DNA from: Methanobacteriota archaeon | Lineage (GTDB): Archaea; Thermoplasmatota; E2; JACPAO01 | Direction: 5' to 3' | Assembly: GCA_016180755.1 (NCBI GenBank) | Contig: JACPAO010000024.1 | Coordinates: 1 to 36,961, forward strand | Length of the DNA stretch: 36,961 bases | Notes under the pieces: generated by a model | The model's database searches: none | Seen by the model: the letters and a program-made list of their open reading frames with translations, nothing else | Told to the model about the DNA's origin: nothing | Part shown: piece by piece, positions 8,645 to 15,884 of the stretch | How positions within the stretch are numbered: the stretch's first letter is position 1 | Layout: every line of letters starts with the position of its first letter | Translations under genes and position numbers: made by a program

Positions 8645-9130
8645 GTGACCCCCGGCACCCTGCGGCCCGCCCACAGCGAATTCGGGACCGTCGATCCCCC
8701 CCCTGCCCTCTCGCGCCAAACGGTGGAATTGTTGCGGCGCCGACTGCTCGACGGCAAGCTTTCCCTTTTCGAGAAGTACCGCGCCATCTTCGGCCTTCGA
8801 AACCTCAACACGCCCGAGTCGGCCGTCGCCCTCGGCGAGGCCATGCTCGTCGATGCGAGCGCGGTCCTCCGCCATGAGTGCGCGTACGTCCTGGGGCAGA
8901 TGCAGCAACCGGCCTCGTTGCCCTACCTGGAGAAAGGCCTCCGCTTCGACGGGCATGTGATGGTCCGCCACGAGTGCGCCGAGGCCCTGGGGGCGCTTGG
9001 CGGGGAGAAAGCCGAGGCCCTTCTGCGGCAGGCGCTCGAAGAGGACGCGGCCGTCGAGGTCCGCGAAAGCTGCGAGCTCGCCTTGCAGCACCTTGACTAC
9101 CTGCGGGATTCTGGGCGCCTCGACCTGTAG
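8645..9130 (+). CDS. Half-length deoxyhypusine hydroxylase (DOHH)-like HEAT-repeat protein with two His-Glu motifs
   Basis: 161 aa with a GTG start. LFEKYRAIFGLRN..SAVLRHECAYVLGQMQ..VMVRHECAEALGALG..VEVRESCELAL matches one half of eukaryotic DOHH motif for motif (LFERYRAMFALRN..SALFRHEVGYVLGQLQ..MVRHECAEALGAI..VRESCEVAL). The HE pairs are at H77/E78 and H109/E110. Confidence 0.75.
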   Translation: MTPGTLRPAHSEFGTVDPPPALSRQTVELLRRRLLDGKLSLFEKYRAIFGLRNLNTPESAVALGEAMLVDASAVLRHECAYVLGQMQQPASLPYLEKGLRFDGHVMVRHECAEALGALGGEKAEALLRQALEEDAAVEVRESCELALQHLDYLRDSGRLDL

Positions 9131-9332
9131 GTGTCGGGGCCGGCGGCACTAGGTGGAGATGATCTCTCGCTCGAGGTCGCAAAGGGCACGCTCGATGGCG
9201 GCGAGTTCGGCCTCGATCTTGGCAGGGGCCATGCAAGGCGCACCGGTCGCCGCCCTCTTTTCTTACCCTCATGAGGGGAGACAGGCCCTCTCCCCCCGGG
9301 GGGGCTGCGGCCGCTTCGGACCTTGGGCCAGG

Positions 9333-11600
9333 CTAGGGGAGCGGTCGTGACGAGCGGCTGGTTCGTTGGTGCTGGCGGGCCGCGTCGCGCTCGAACCAAG
9401 TGTCGATAAGGTCCTGGATCTGGCCTTTTTGGCTTTTCGAAACCGTCGGGAGGGCCTTGAGGGCACCCAGGAAATGCGAGCGTTCGAGCTGGGTCACGAG
9501 CCCATCGTCGAGGATGGCCCTCAATCGCTTCACCATGCCGTGGGGCAAGAACTCGAAGTGCTCGTCCACGATGCGCAGCCGGACGGTTCGATGGAGTTCG
9601 TCGACGCGGCGCTCCAACACCTGCGCCTGGCTGTCGGCGAGCCGGTGGCTGAAGAGGTGCTGTCGAGCGCGCTGCCGGTATTCCTCGAGCACGGATTCGC
9701 AGGCTTCCGGGTCGGCTTCGGTCCGTTCGTACGCGTCGTCGATGGCACGTATCTCCCGCTGGAATCGCGCGTTTCGGATCAGGATGAGCGTCACCAGAAG
9801 CCCCACGACGAAGAACGTCTTGTCCTGGTTCTCGGGCAAGAGGGCTTTCGACAGGAATGACAACGAGGGGTCGATAGTACCAGCATAGATCTGAAGGCTG
9901 GTCGTCGATTCCTGCCCGGCCGGGTTCCTGGCCCAGGCCCGGACCGTGAACGTGACCGGCGCCTCGTACTGGTGCGTGAAAACGTCGCCGGGTGCCCAAT
10001 CGGCCCCCGTGCCGTCTCCCCAGTCAATCCGGAAATCGGTCGCAGGCCCGAAGGCCCCCGGCCTAGTGTCCGAGAACGCCAGCCAGAACGGCTCGCCGGG
10101 CCGCGGGTACAGCGTCGAGGCCCGCGTCTGGATTCCGATCGAGGCCGCGCTGCGCCCCAGGATGGTGAGCCGGCCGCGGGCATCGACCGCGGCTAGCATT
10201 TCGTCGGACACACTGAATTGTACTTGGCGAGGGAAGGCGTGGCTCCATCGCTCGCGTCCCGTTCGTGGGTCGATGCAGTGGAGGATGCCGGGCGACTCAC
10301 GGTCCTGGCGTTGGCGGCTCGACTGAACGAACACGCACGTGCCCGTGGCGACGGTGGGGCCCTCCACGAGTTCGAACCCTGCCGGCAACTCGAAGGCCCA
10401 GCCTTGGGTGAGCTCGAAGTCGAATTCGAGGATTCCCCTACGGTTGGGGACGTAGAGGCGGTCCCCCCACAGGGCGATGGTGGTGTCGACGTCGCCTTCG
10501 AGGTTCGGCCCAGGCCGGGAGTCCGTTGCCTTGCTGGAAGGAGGGTCGGAAAGGTTGTAGCGGATGAGGGAATCGAACTTCGCGAACGCCCAATGGCTGG
10601 CACCGGTCGCATGCGGGGGCCGATTGGGCGCATTGGCGCCGACCGCCCCCGGTCCCGTCTGCGAGACCGTGCCCGTCGTCGCAAGCTGCCATCGCAATCC
10701 CTCGAAGGCGCCACGGGTCGCGTTGAGGAACCAGACCTCGCTCACAACCGCCCCGCCACGGTTGTCCTCGCGCTCCAGGGCGTCCCCGTCCGTGACGTAG
10801 TCGACGAGCGTCAGTGTATTCCCAACCAGAGCGAGTCCTGACAGTTCCACGAAGAACCCGCTTTTTCGGGGCGCATAGCTGAACCCCTGCCAGGTCACGG
10901 GATTGTTTCCGGCAGGTCGAACCGCGGTCTCGCTGTCACGGACCCAGGTCCAGAGGACCGAACGCGTGCGCGTATCGAAGGCGCGGACGAAAACTGCGTC
11001 GGCCTGGCCGAAGGATGCGCGGTCGCGGCACGCGATCACGAGCACGTGGCCTTGGAGCAGGGGCGAGACGCATCGGTCAGTATCAAAACCTGGCAGGGGG
11101 GTTGTCTGGTCGACTGCGGGGTTCAACGAAGTCGAAAGCCGGCCGTCAAAACGGTGGGCCGTCAGGTTGAAGACCTCGATGTAGGAGCCCGTGTACACGT
11201 ACAGGTTCTCGCCGTCGGAGACCAGCTCCGACGAGCTTGCCGCGATGCTGAAGAGCGTCTCCTGAGTCCCCGACGAAGCGTTGACGCGTCGGACCGTGAC
11301 GTTGTACGTCGGCGAGGGGAACGCGCGAAGGTGCACGTTGGCCATGTAGATCTGGTCGCCCAGGATCAGCGGCGGATCCATGCGGCCGGCGCGACCTGAT
11401 GCCGACGACGTGAAATTCTGGAGCTGGATGGAAAACGCCACTTCGTCGACACGCGGCCCGGGGCCGTCCGCGGCCCCCGTCCGGGCTGGATTGACGCCGC
11501 TTTGACCCCAATCGGCGGCCGCGGAGGGAGCTCCAACGCTCGTCCCCAGAACGAGCAGGAAAAGGGCCCATTCCATACCGTGCCGCGCCACGAACGCCAC
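9333..11600 (-). CDS. Secreted PQQ-like beta-propeller plus PKD-domain protein with one TM helix and a ~150-aa cytoplasmic helical tail
   Basis: 755 aa. Signal peptide MAFVARHGMEWALFLLVLGTSVGAPSAAA. Propeller-type repeats include DTRTRSVLWTW and IDPRTGRERWSHAF. PKD motif DFRIDWGDGTGADWAPGDVFTHQYEAPVTFTVRAWARN. TM helix TFFVVGLLVTLILI. The tail is charged and helical. The GTG start at 11600 has a TATA-like box 28 nt upstream. Confidence 0.7.
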   Translation of the reverse strand: MAFVARHGMEWALFLLVLGTSVGAPSAAADWGQSGVNPARTGAADGPGPRVDEVAFSIQLQNFTSSASGRAGRMDPPLILGDQIYMANVHLRAFPSPTYNVTVRRVNASSGTQETLFSIAASSSELVSDGENLYVYTGSYIEVFNLTAHRFDGRLSTSLNPAVDQTTPLPGFDTDRCVSPLLQGHVLVIACRDRASFGQADAVFVRAFDTRTRSVLWTWVRDSETAVRPAGNNPVTWQGFSYAPRKSGFFVELSGLALVGNTLTLVDYVTDGDALEREDNRGGAVVSEVWFLNATRGAFEGLRWQLATTGTVSQTGPGAVGANAPNRPPHATGASHWAFAKFDSLIRYNLSDPPSSKATDSRPGPNLEGDVDTTIALWGDRLYVPNRRGILEFDFELTQGWAFELPAGFELVEGPTVATGTCVFVQSSRQRQDRESPGILHCIDPRTGRERWSHAFPRQVQFSVSDEMLAAVDARGRLTILGRSAASIGIQTRASTLYPRPGEPFWLAFSDTRPGAFGPATDFRIDWGDGTGADWAPGDVFTHQYEAPVTFTVRAWARNPAGQESTTSLQIYAGTIDPSLSFLSKALLPENQDKTFFVVGLLVTLILIRNARFQREIRAIDDAYERTEADPEACESVLEEYRQRARQHLFSHRLADSQAQVLERRVDELHRTVRLRIVDEHFEFLPHGMVKRLRAILDDGLVTQLERSHFLGALKALPTVSKSQKGQIQDLIDTWFERDAARQHQRTSRSSRPLP

Positions 11601-11620
11601 CCGTCGGGCGCTCTGTTTAC

Positions 11621-11630
11621 CGGTATTTTG
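11621..11630 (-). promoter_or_regulatory. TATA-like box (minus strand CAAAATACCG) for the PQQ/PKD gene
   Basis: AT-rich box about 28 nt upstream of GTG 11600. Confidence 0.4.
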
Positions 11631-11822
11631 AGTTTTGCTTAGCGGGGCCGACGGGTCTGCCAGCGGGCGACGCCAGCGCGAGTGAGGGGTGTTCGGGTCT
11701 TAACCGTAGATGTCTGTTCGATCGGTCGCATACCGCTTCGACGCGTCCTTTGCACGAACGCAACCACCGAAGGCAGGGGCCCGCCCCGCAAGACTACCCC
11801 TACATTTACTGGAATATCAAAA

Positions 11823-11833
11823 TTTCTATAAAC
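11823..11833 (+). promoter_or_regulatory. TATA box (TTTCTATAAAC, preceded by the A-rich BRE-like ATCAAAA) for the Fic gene
   Basis: This is the strongest TATA-like element in the window. It lies about 29 nt upstream of GTG 11855. Confidence 0.5.
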
Positions 11834-11854
11834 TTGTAGGGGTAATACAATGGC

Positions 11855-12742
11855 GTGGTCACGGTCGCGCGAAAGCGGATAGGAACGCGCGACTACTATT
11901 ATCTCCAGCATACGATTCGCCGTGGGGCGAAGGTTAGCAAGAAGGAGGTCTACCTTGGCCCACGCCTGCCTCGCGACGTGGAGGCTCGAAAGCGACAGCT
12001 TCAGCTCGATTTGTTCCGCGAGCAATGGCTTCCCCGACTGGATCGGATCCGGAAGGAGGTTCGGCACGAGTCAAAGGGGATCCCAAGCAGCCTAGCCGCG
12101 AAGCGCCTGCAAGACTTCGCCGTTCGATTCACCTACGACACACAGCGGATTGAAGGATCGACCCTCTCGCTTAGGGAAACCGCAGACCTCCTCGACCGTG
12201 GAATCACACCCGCCAACAAACCGGTCCAAGACGTGCGGGAGGCGGAGGCTCATGAGGCGCTTTTCCACGAGGTCCTCCGCTACACCAAGGATCTCAACCG
12301 GCAGATTGTCCTGAAGTGGCACCGATCCTTGTTCCTTTCGACCCGGCCAGACATCGCGGGCCAGTTTCGGCGGCATGGAGTCCGCATTTCCGGAAGCCGG
12401 TTTGTCCCCCCGTTACCCGTCGAGGTGGAGCCTCTCATGCGAGACTTCTTTGCGTGGTACCATCGAGCAAGAGACGCAATGCATCCCGTCGAACGGGCGG
12501 CGCTCGTCCACTTGAAGGTCGTGACCGTCCACCCGTTCGGCGACGGAAACGGTCGTGTTTCGAGGCTTCTCATGAACTTGGTCCTCAAGCAAGCCAGGTT
12601 CCCGTTGCTCAACATTCCCTACGAGAACCGCGCGTCCTACTACCGCGCACTAGAGCGGAGTCAGACACGGAGGGACGACCTCCCATTTCTTCGCTGGTTT
12701 TTCCGCCAGTACGCCAAGAATCACCGACACCTGCTCGGATAA
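11855..12742 (+). CDS. Fic-family protein (AMPylase/adenylyltransferase fold)
   Basis: 295 aa with the canonical Fic motif HPFGDGNGRVSRLLMN (HPFx[D/E]GNGR). Confidence 0.85.
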   Translation: MVTVARKRIGTRDYYYLQHTIRRGAKVSKKEVYLGPRLPRDVEARKRQLQLDLFREQWLPRLDRIRKEVRHESKGIPSSLAAKRLQDFAVRFTYDTQRIEGSTLSLRETADLLDRGITPANKPVQDVREAEAHEALFHEVLRYTKDLNRQIVLKWHRSLFLSTRPDIAGQFRRHGVRISGSRFVPPLPVEVEPLMRDFFAWYHRARDAMHPVERAALVHLKVVTVHPFGDGNGRVSRLLMNLVLKQARFPLLNIPYENRASYYRALERSQTRRDDLPFLRWFFRQYAKNHRHLLG

Positions 12743-12790
12743 TCACGTGCGTGGGTTCCTTCTCGCCGCCCAGGCCCGCTGGCCCCCGCC

Positions 12791-13480
12791 CTAGGTGAAG
12801 TACATGCTGAGGATCTTCTTCTCGGCGGCCTTCATGCGGTTGTGGGCGGCCGCCTTGCTGATGCCGAAGATCTCGGCGAGCGTGTCGAGGCTGCACTTTC
12901 GGGGGGTGTCGTAGAGGCCGAGCGCCAGGGCCATCTTGACGATCTCGGCCTGTTTCGGCGTGAGCTTCTCCTCGTAGTCACCGATGGGGTGCTCCTCGGG
13001 CTTGTACTCGCCGAAGTGGAGGAGCCGCAGCCGTATGCCGAGGCCCTTCAGGAATTCCGTGGCCTCCCGCACGAGGGCCCCGATGTCGACGTCGACGAGC
13101 GTGATGACGCCGATCGTCATCCAGCCGTCCTTGATGACGGTCGGGCGGAGAATCATGTCGGAGCCGATCCGTCGCAGGCCCTCCTCGTACGGGCCTTTGA
13201 GGATGGCCTTCTTCTCCTCGTTGAGCGTGATCATGACGCTGCAGGCGCGTTCGTCACGCCGGAGGATCCGGACCTCGTCGTAGTATTCGGGGAGGACGAA
13301 GAGCAGCTTGTCGTACTGGGCGGGCGTGCCAAGGATGGTGAGGATCTGCTTGATCGGGAAGTGGTCCTGGTCGAAGTTGATGTGGTTGAAGATGAGCCGC
13401 GTACCCGGGTTGTCCCGCGTGAACTGGACGATGGGCAGCCCCGGGATCTCGACCTGGAAGACGATCTCCGTCATCACCAT
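12791..13480 (-). CDS. Bat-type HTH_10 transcriptional regulator
   Basis: 229 aa. The C-terminus LTPKQAEIVKMALALGLYDTPRKCSLDTLAEIFGISKAAAHNRMKAAEKKIL is the archaeal bacterio-opsin-activator-type HTH. It is divergent from the surface-protein array. Confidence 0.8.
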   Translation of the reverse strand: MVMTEIVFQVEIPGLPIVQFTRDNPGTRLIFNHINFDQDHFPIKQILTILGTPAQYDKLLFVLPEYYDEVRILRRDERACSVMITLNEEKKAILKGPYEEGLRRIGSDMILRPTVIKDGWMTIGVITLVDVDIGALVREATEFLKGLGIRLRLLHFGEYKPEEHPIGDYEEKLTPKQAEIVKMALALGLYDTPRKCSLDTLAEIFGISKAAAHNRMKAAEKKILSMYFT

Positions 13481-13505
13481 TCGGTTTCCCGCGTGAATAT
13501 GTCAA

Positions 13506-13517
13506 GTATTATTTAAC
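13506..13517 (-). promoter_or_regulatory. TATA-like box (minus strand GTTAAATAATAC) for the HTH_10 regulator gene
   Basis: AT-rich box about 30 nt upstream of ATG 13480. Confidence 0.4.
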
Positions 13518-13537
13518 GAAAAGCCGGCTCGGACCCT

Positions 13538-13566
13538 AACAGGTCAAGACCTGGACAGGACCTGTT
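13538..13566. promoter_or_regulatory. Nested inverted repeat; candidate operator between the regulator and the first surface-protein gene
   Basis: The sequence is AACAGGTCAAGACCTGGACAGGACCTGTT. CAGGTCAAGACCTG (13540-13553) is a perfect 14-nt palindrome. AACAGGTC (13538-13545) pairs with GACCTGTT (13559-13566). Confidence 0.35.
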
Positions 13567-13630
13567 CACTGAAACCGGGCACGGCCTCCCGGCGACTGCC
13601 ACCGGGCCGGTGACACAAGTTAACCAATGT

Positions 13631-13640
13631 GGTTATATGG
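13631..13640 (+). promoter_or_regulatory. TATA-like box (GGTTATATGG) for surface-protein paralogue 1
   Basis: About 31 nt upstream of ATG 13664. Confidence 0.45.
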
Positions 13641-13663
13641 GTCAAGGCCGGCTCGTGCGAACA

Positions 13664-15838
13664 ATGCCTTCCCGCGCCGCCCCAGTGGCCGCCACGTTGC
13701 TTCTTCTGGCGCTGGCCGGCAGCCTCCCCCCGGCGTCCGCCCAGGAACCGGGCGTCGTGCACAAGGAGGACGCGAAGAACGACGTCACCTTCAGCGCCCA
13801 GCAGGTGAATTCTCCGAACCTCCCCGACAACGAGGTCACGTCCTACGTCGACATCCACACCCTCACGGTCACCGATGTCGACGAGGAGACGCTTGAGGTC
13901 CGCCTCAAGACGGGGACCCCGTTCGTCGTCATGAATGGCCAGAAGCTGCAGACGTACGGGATCGAGGAGGTCTACCACCAGGTCTTCTTCTCCATCCCGG
14001 GGGCCGGCGGTCAGCCGGTCCAGGCCCAGGTCAACGTCCGCTCGATCCACGTCCACGTCGAGAACAACACGCCCAGCAAAGGCTTCCTCGTCGTCTACGC
14101 CAGCCTCTGCTTCCCAAGTTCCCTCCAGCAATACCAGTATTCGTGCGAGTACGGAGGCAACCAGCTTCCCGTCTCCGCCGACGGCGGCGTACTTGTCGCG
14201 CGGATCCCGAAGGAAAAACTGACCCAGGTGGGGCAGGAGGGCGAGCGCACCCGGAACGCCAACCTTCCCGGACGGCTCTTCCCCGGAGACGTCCTCACGG
14301 ACGTCTACGCGCGGGCGTTCCTACGCCCCTTCTTCACGGGCGGGGGTTTCTTGGAGGTCGCACGCTTCATCGACCGCGCCCCCGACTCGGGCGGCCTCCA
14401 AATTACGCTCCGGTTCGGCTCGCCCGCCCCCGACCTCAAGATGAGCGTCCCCCAGGCCGCCGTCATCCTTGGCCAGGAGAACCAGGTGCCCGTCCTGGTC
14501 CAGAACCTTGGCACGCACAAGCGCATCGTGAATCTCACGGTCGACCGCCTTACCGCCGACCAGCCTTGGACGGCCTCCGTCACGCCCTCCGTCACCCTGG
14601 GGGCCGGGAAATCCGCGAACGTCACGCTACGCGTCACGCCCCCGCCGGCCGGAACGAGCGACCGCCTCACGGCCGTCCTCAAGCTCCGCGCAACCATCCT
14701 CACGGAGCCCGGCACGATCGCCATCGCGCGCCTCGGCCTCGTCGCCGCGCCTCCGCTCGACCGCGACCACAGCACCTATTTCGTCGTCGGCCGCCAATGG
14801 AACTCGTTCTTCGGGCTTCCGTTTCCCTTCCTCGCGTGGGGCGAGGGAGGCCTTACCCGCAGCGAGACCGACGCCCGCTTCGCGACCGCCACGTCGTTCG
14901 CCATGAGCCCGTCCTTCGGCACGAGCTCGGGGGTCACCTCGTTCGCGTTCCAGTCTTCGCTCCGGTCCGACCCCATCCCCAACGCCGCGGTCATCCGGCC
15001 CGGCGAACCCGCCCAGGCCGTCGTGGACATCGAGGCGCCTTACCCGGCCGCGGCGACCCTCGCCATCACCGGACAGTTCGGGCCCCAGCTCCTCTTCCAG
15101 ACGCAGAAGACGATCACCCTCGCGGCCGGCTCCAACAAGATTCCCTTCGACGTGCCGATCCTCCCGAGCGTGCAGCGCCTTGACCCGTCGAACGGCACGC
15201 TGCGCGTCGACATCCGCCTCTCGGTTCAGGGCGCCGACGGCGCGCCCTACCTCACCTCGTACTTCGGCGTCAACGGCCCGAAGATCGTCCCGAAGACGAC
15301 GTTCGTCCGGTTGCCCGTCGACCGCGAGGTCCCGGCTGTGCAGGCCGCGACCGCGAAGGTCGCCCTCTCCCCGGCGGAGGAACTCGACGGGTTCGTCAAC
15401 CCGGGGCGCGTCCAGGTCGTCGAGCTCGACGTTCGCAACGAGGAACCCCGCGAGATGACCTTGCAGCTCGAGGCCCTCAACGTCACCGAGGGCTGGGACG
15501 TCGCGGTGAAGCCTGGTGCCCGGCTCCGGCTTGCGAGCCAGGACGCCGTCCACGTGGGCGTCCTCATCAAGGCCCCGGCGGACGCGAAGGAAGGAGACGC
15601 CCTCAAGTTCCGGCTCGTCGTGCGAGACGTCGTCAACGATACGCTCGTCGCCGGCCAGTGGATCCGCTCCATCGTCACCCGCGGCGTCGAGATCGAGAAC
15701 GAGACGTTCGAGGTCGCGCAGGACGACGCGAAGAAGCTCGACGTCCCCTCCGGGAAATCCCCCGGTCTGGGGCTCCTTGCCGCCTTGGCGGCGACCGCGG
15801 CCGCGGGGCTCCTGGGAAGGCGGCGTCGTGCCGCGTGA
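13664..15838 (+). CDS. Secreted cell-surface protein, paralogue 1 of 4 (uncharacterised family, PGF-CTERM-like C-terminal anchor)
   Basis: 724 aa from ATG 13664. Signal peptide MPSRAAPVAATLLLLALAGSLPPASAQ. Family motifs: YVDIHTLTVTDVDEETLEVRLK, RFIDRAPDSGG, KRIVNLTVD, TLGAGKSANVTLRVTPP, PPLDRDHSTYFV, IPNAAVIRPGEP, FVNPGRVQVVELDVRNEE, APADAKEGD, TRGVEIENETF. The C-terminus is SPGLGLLAALAATAAAGLLGRRRRAA. Confidence 0.85.
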   Translation: MPSRAAPVAATLLLLALAGSLPPASAQEPGVVHKEDAKNDVTFSAQQVNSPNLPDNEVTSYVDIHTLTVTDVDEETLEVRLKTGTPFVVMNGQKLQTYGIEEVYHQVFFSIPGAGGQPVQAQVNVRSIHVHVENNTPSKGFLVVYASLCFPSSLQQYQYSCEYGGNQLPVSADGGVLVARIPKEKLTQVGQEGERTRNANLPGRLFPGDVLTDVYARAFLRPFFTGGGFLEVARFIDRAPDSGGLQITLRFGSPAPDLKMSVPQAAVILGQENQVPVLVQNLGTHKRIVNLTVDRLTADQPWTASVTPSVTLGAGKSANVTLRVTPPPAGTSDRLTAVLKLRATILTEPGTIAIARLGLVAAPPLDRDHSTYFVVGRQWNSFFGLPFPFLAWGEGGLTRSETDARFATATSFAMSPSFGTSSGVTSFAFQSSLRSDPIPNAAVIRPGEPAQAVVDIEAPYPAAATLAITGQFGPQLLFQTQKTITLAAGSNKIPFDVPILPSVQRLDPSNGTLRVDIRLSVQGADGAPYLTSYFGVNGPKIVPKTTFVRLPVDREVPAVQAATAKVALSPAEELDGFVNPGRVQVVELDVRNEEPREMTLQLEALNVTEGWDVAVKPGARLRLASQDAVHVGVLIKAPADAKEGDALKFRLVVRDVVNDTLVAGQWIRSIVTRGVEIENETFEVAQDDAKKLDVPSGKSPGLGLLAALAATAAAGLLGRRRRAA

Positions 15839-15856
15839 GGGACGTCCTCCTCAACC

Positions 15857-15864
15857 CTTAAGAG
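15857..15864 (+). promoter_or_regulatory. Weak TATA-like box (CTTAAGAG) for paralogue 2
   Basis: About 27 nt upstream of GTG 15885, in the 46-nt spacer. Confidence 0.3.
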
Positions 15865-15884
15865 CCGAAGCCCCCACGGGGCGC

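Noticed and set aside
9149-9232. A 27-aa minus-strand micro-ORF (MAPAKIEAELAAIERALCDLEREIIST) in the convergent intergenic region.
   Set aside because: It has a plausible amphipathic helix. I found no TATA-like box, no SD-like sequence and no second copy to support it, unlike the duplicated micro-ORF cassette. I left it unannotated.
11601-11854. A possible tRNA gene or att site in the AT-rich spacer next to the Fic gene. GTTCGATC and GTTCGGGTC resemble T-loops.
   Set aside because: I could not build a cloverleaf. The flanking bases do not form T-stems or acceptor stems on either strand, and I found no matching direct repeat elsewhere in the window.
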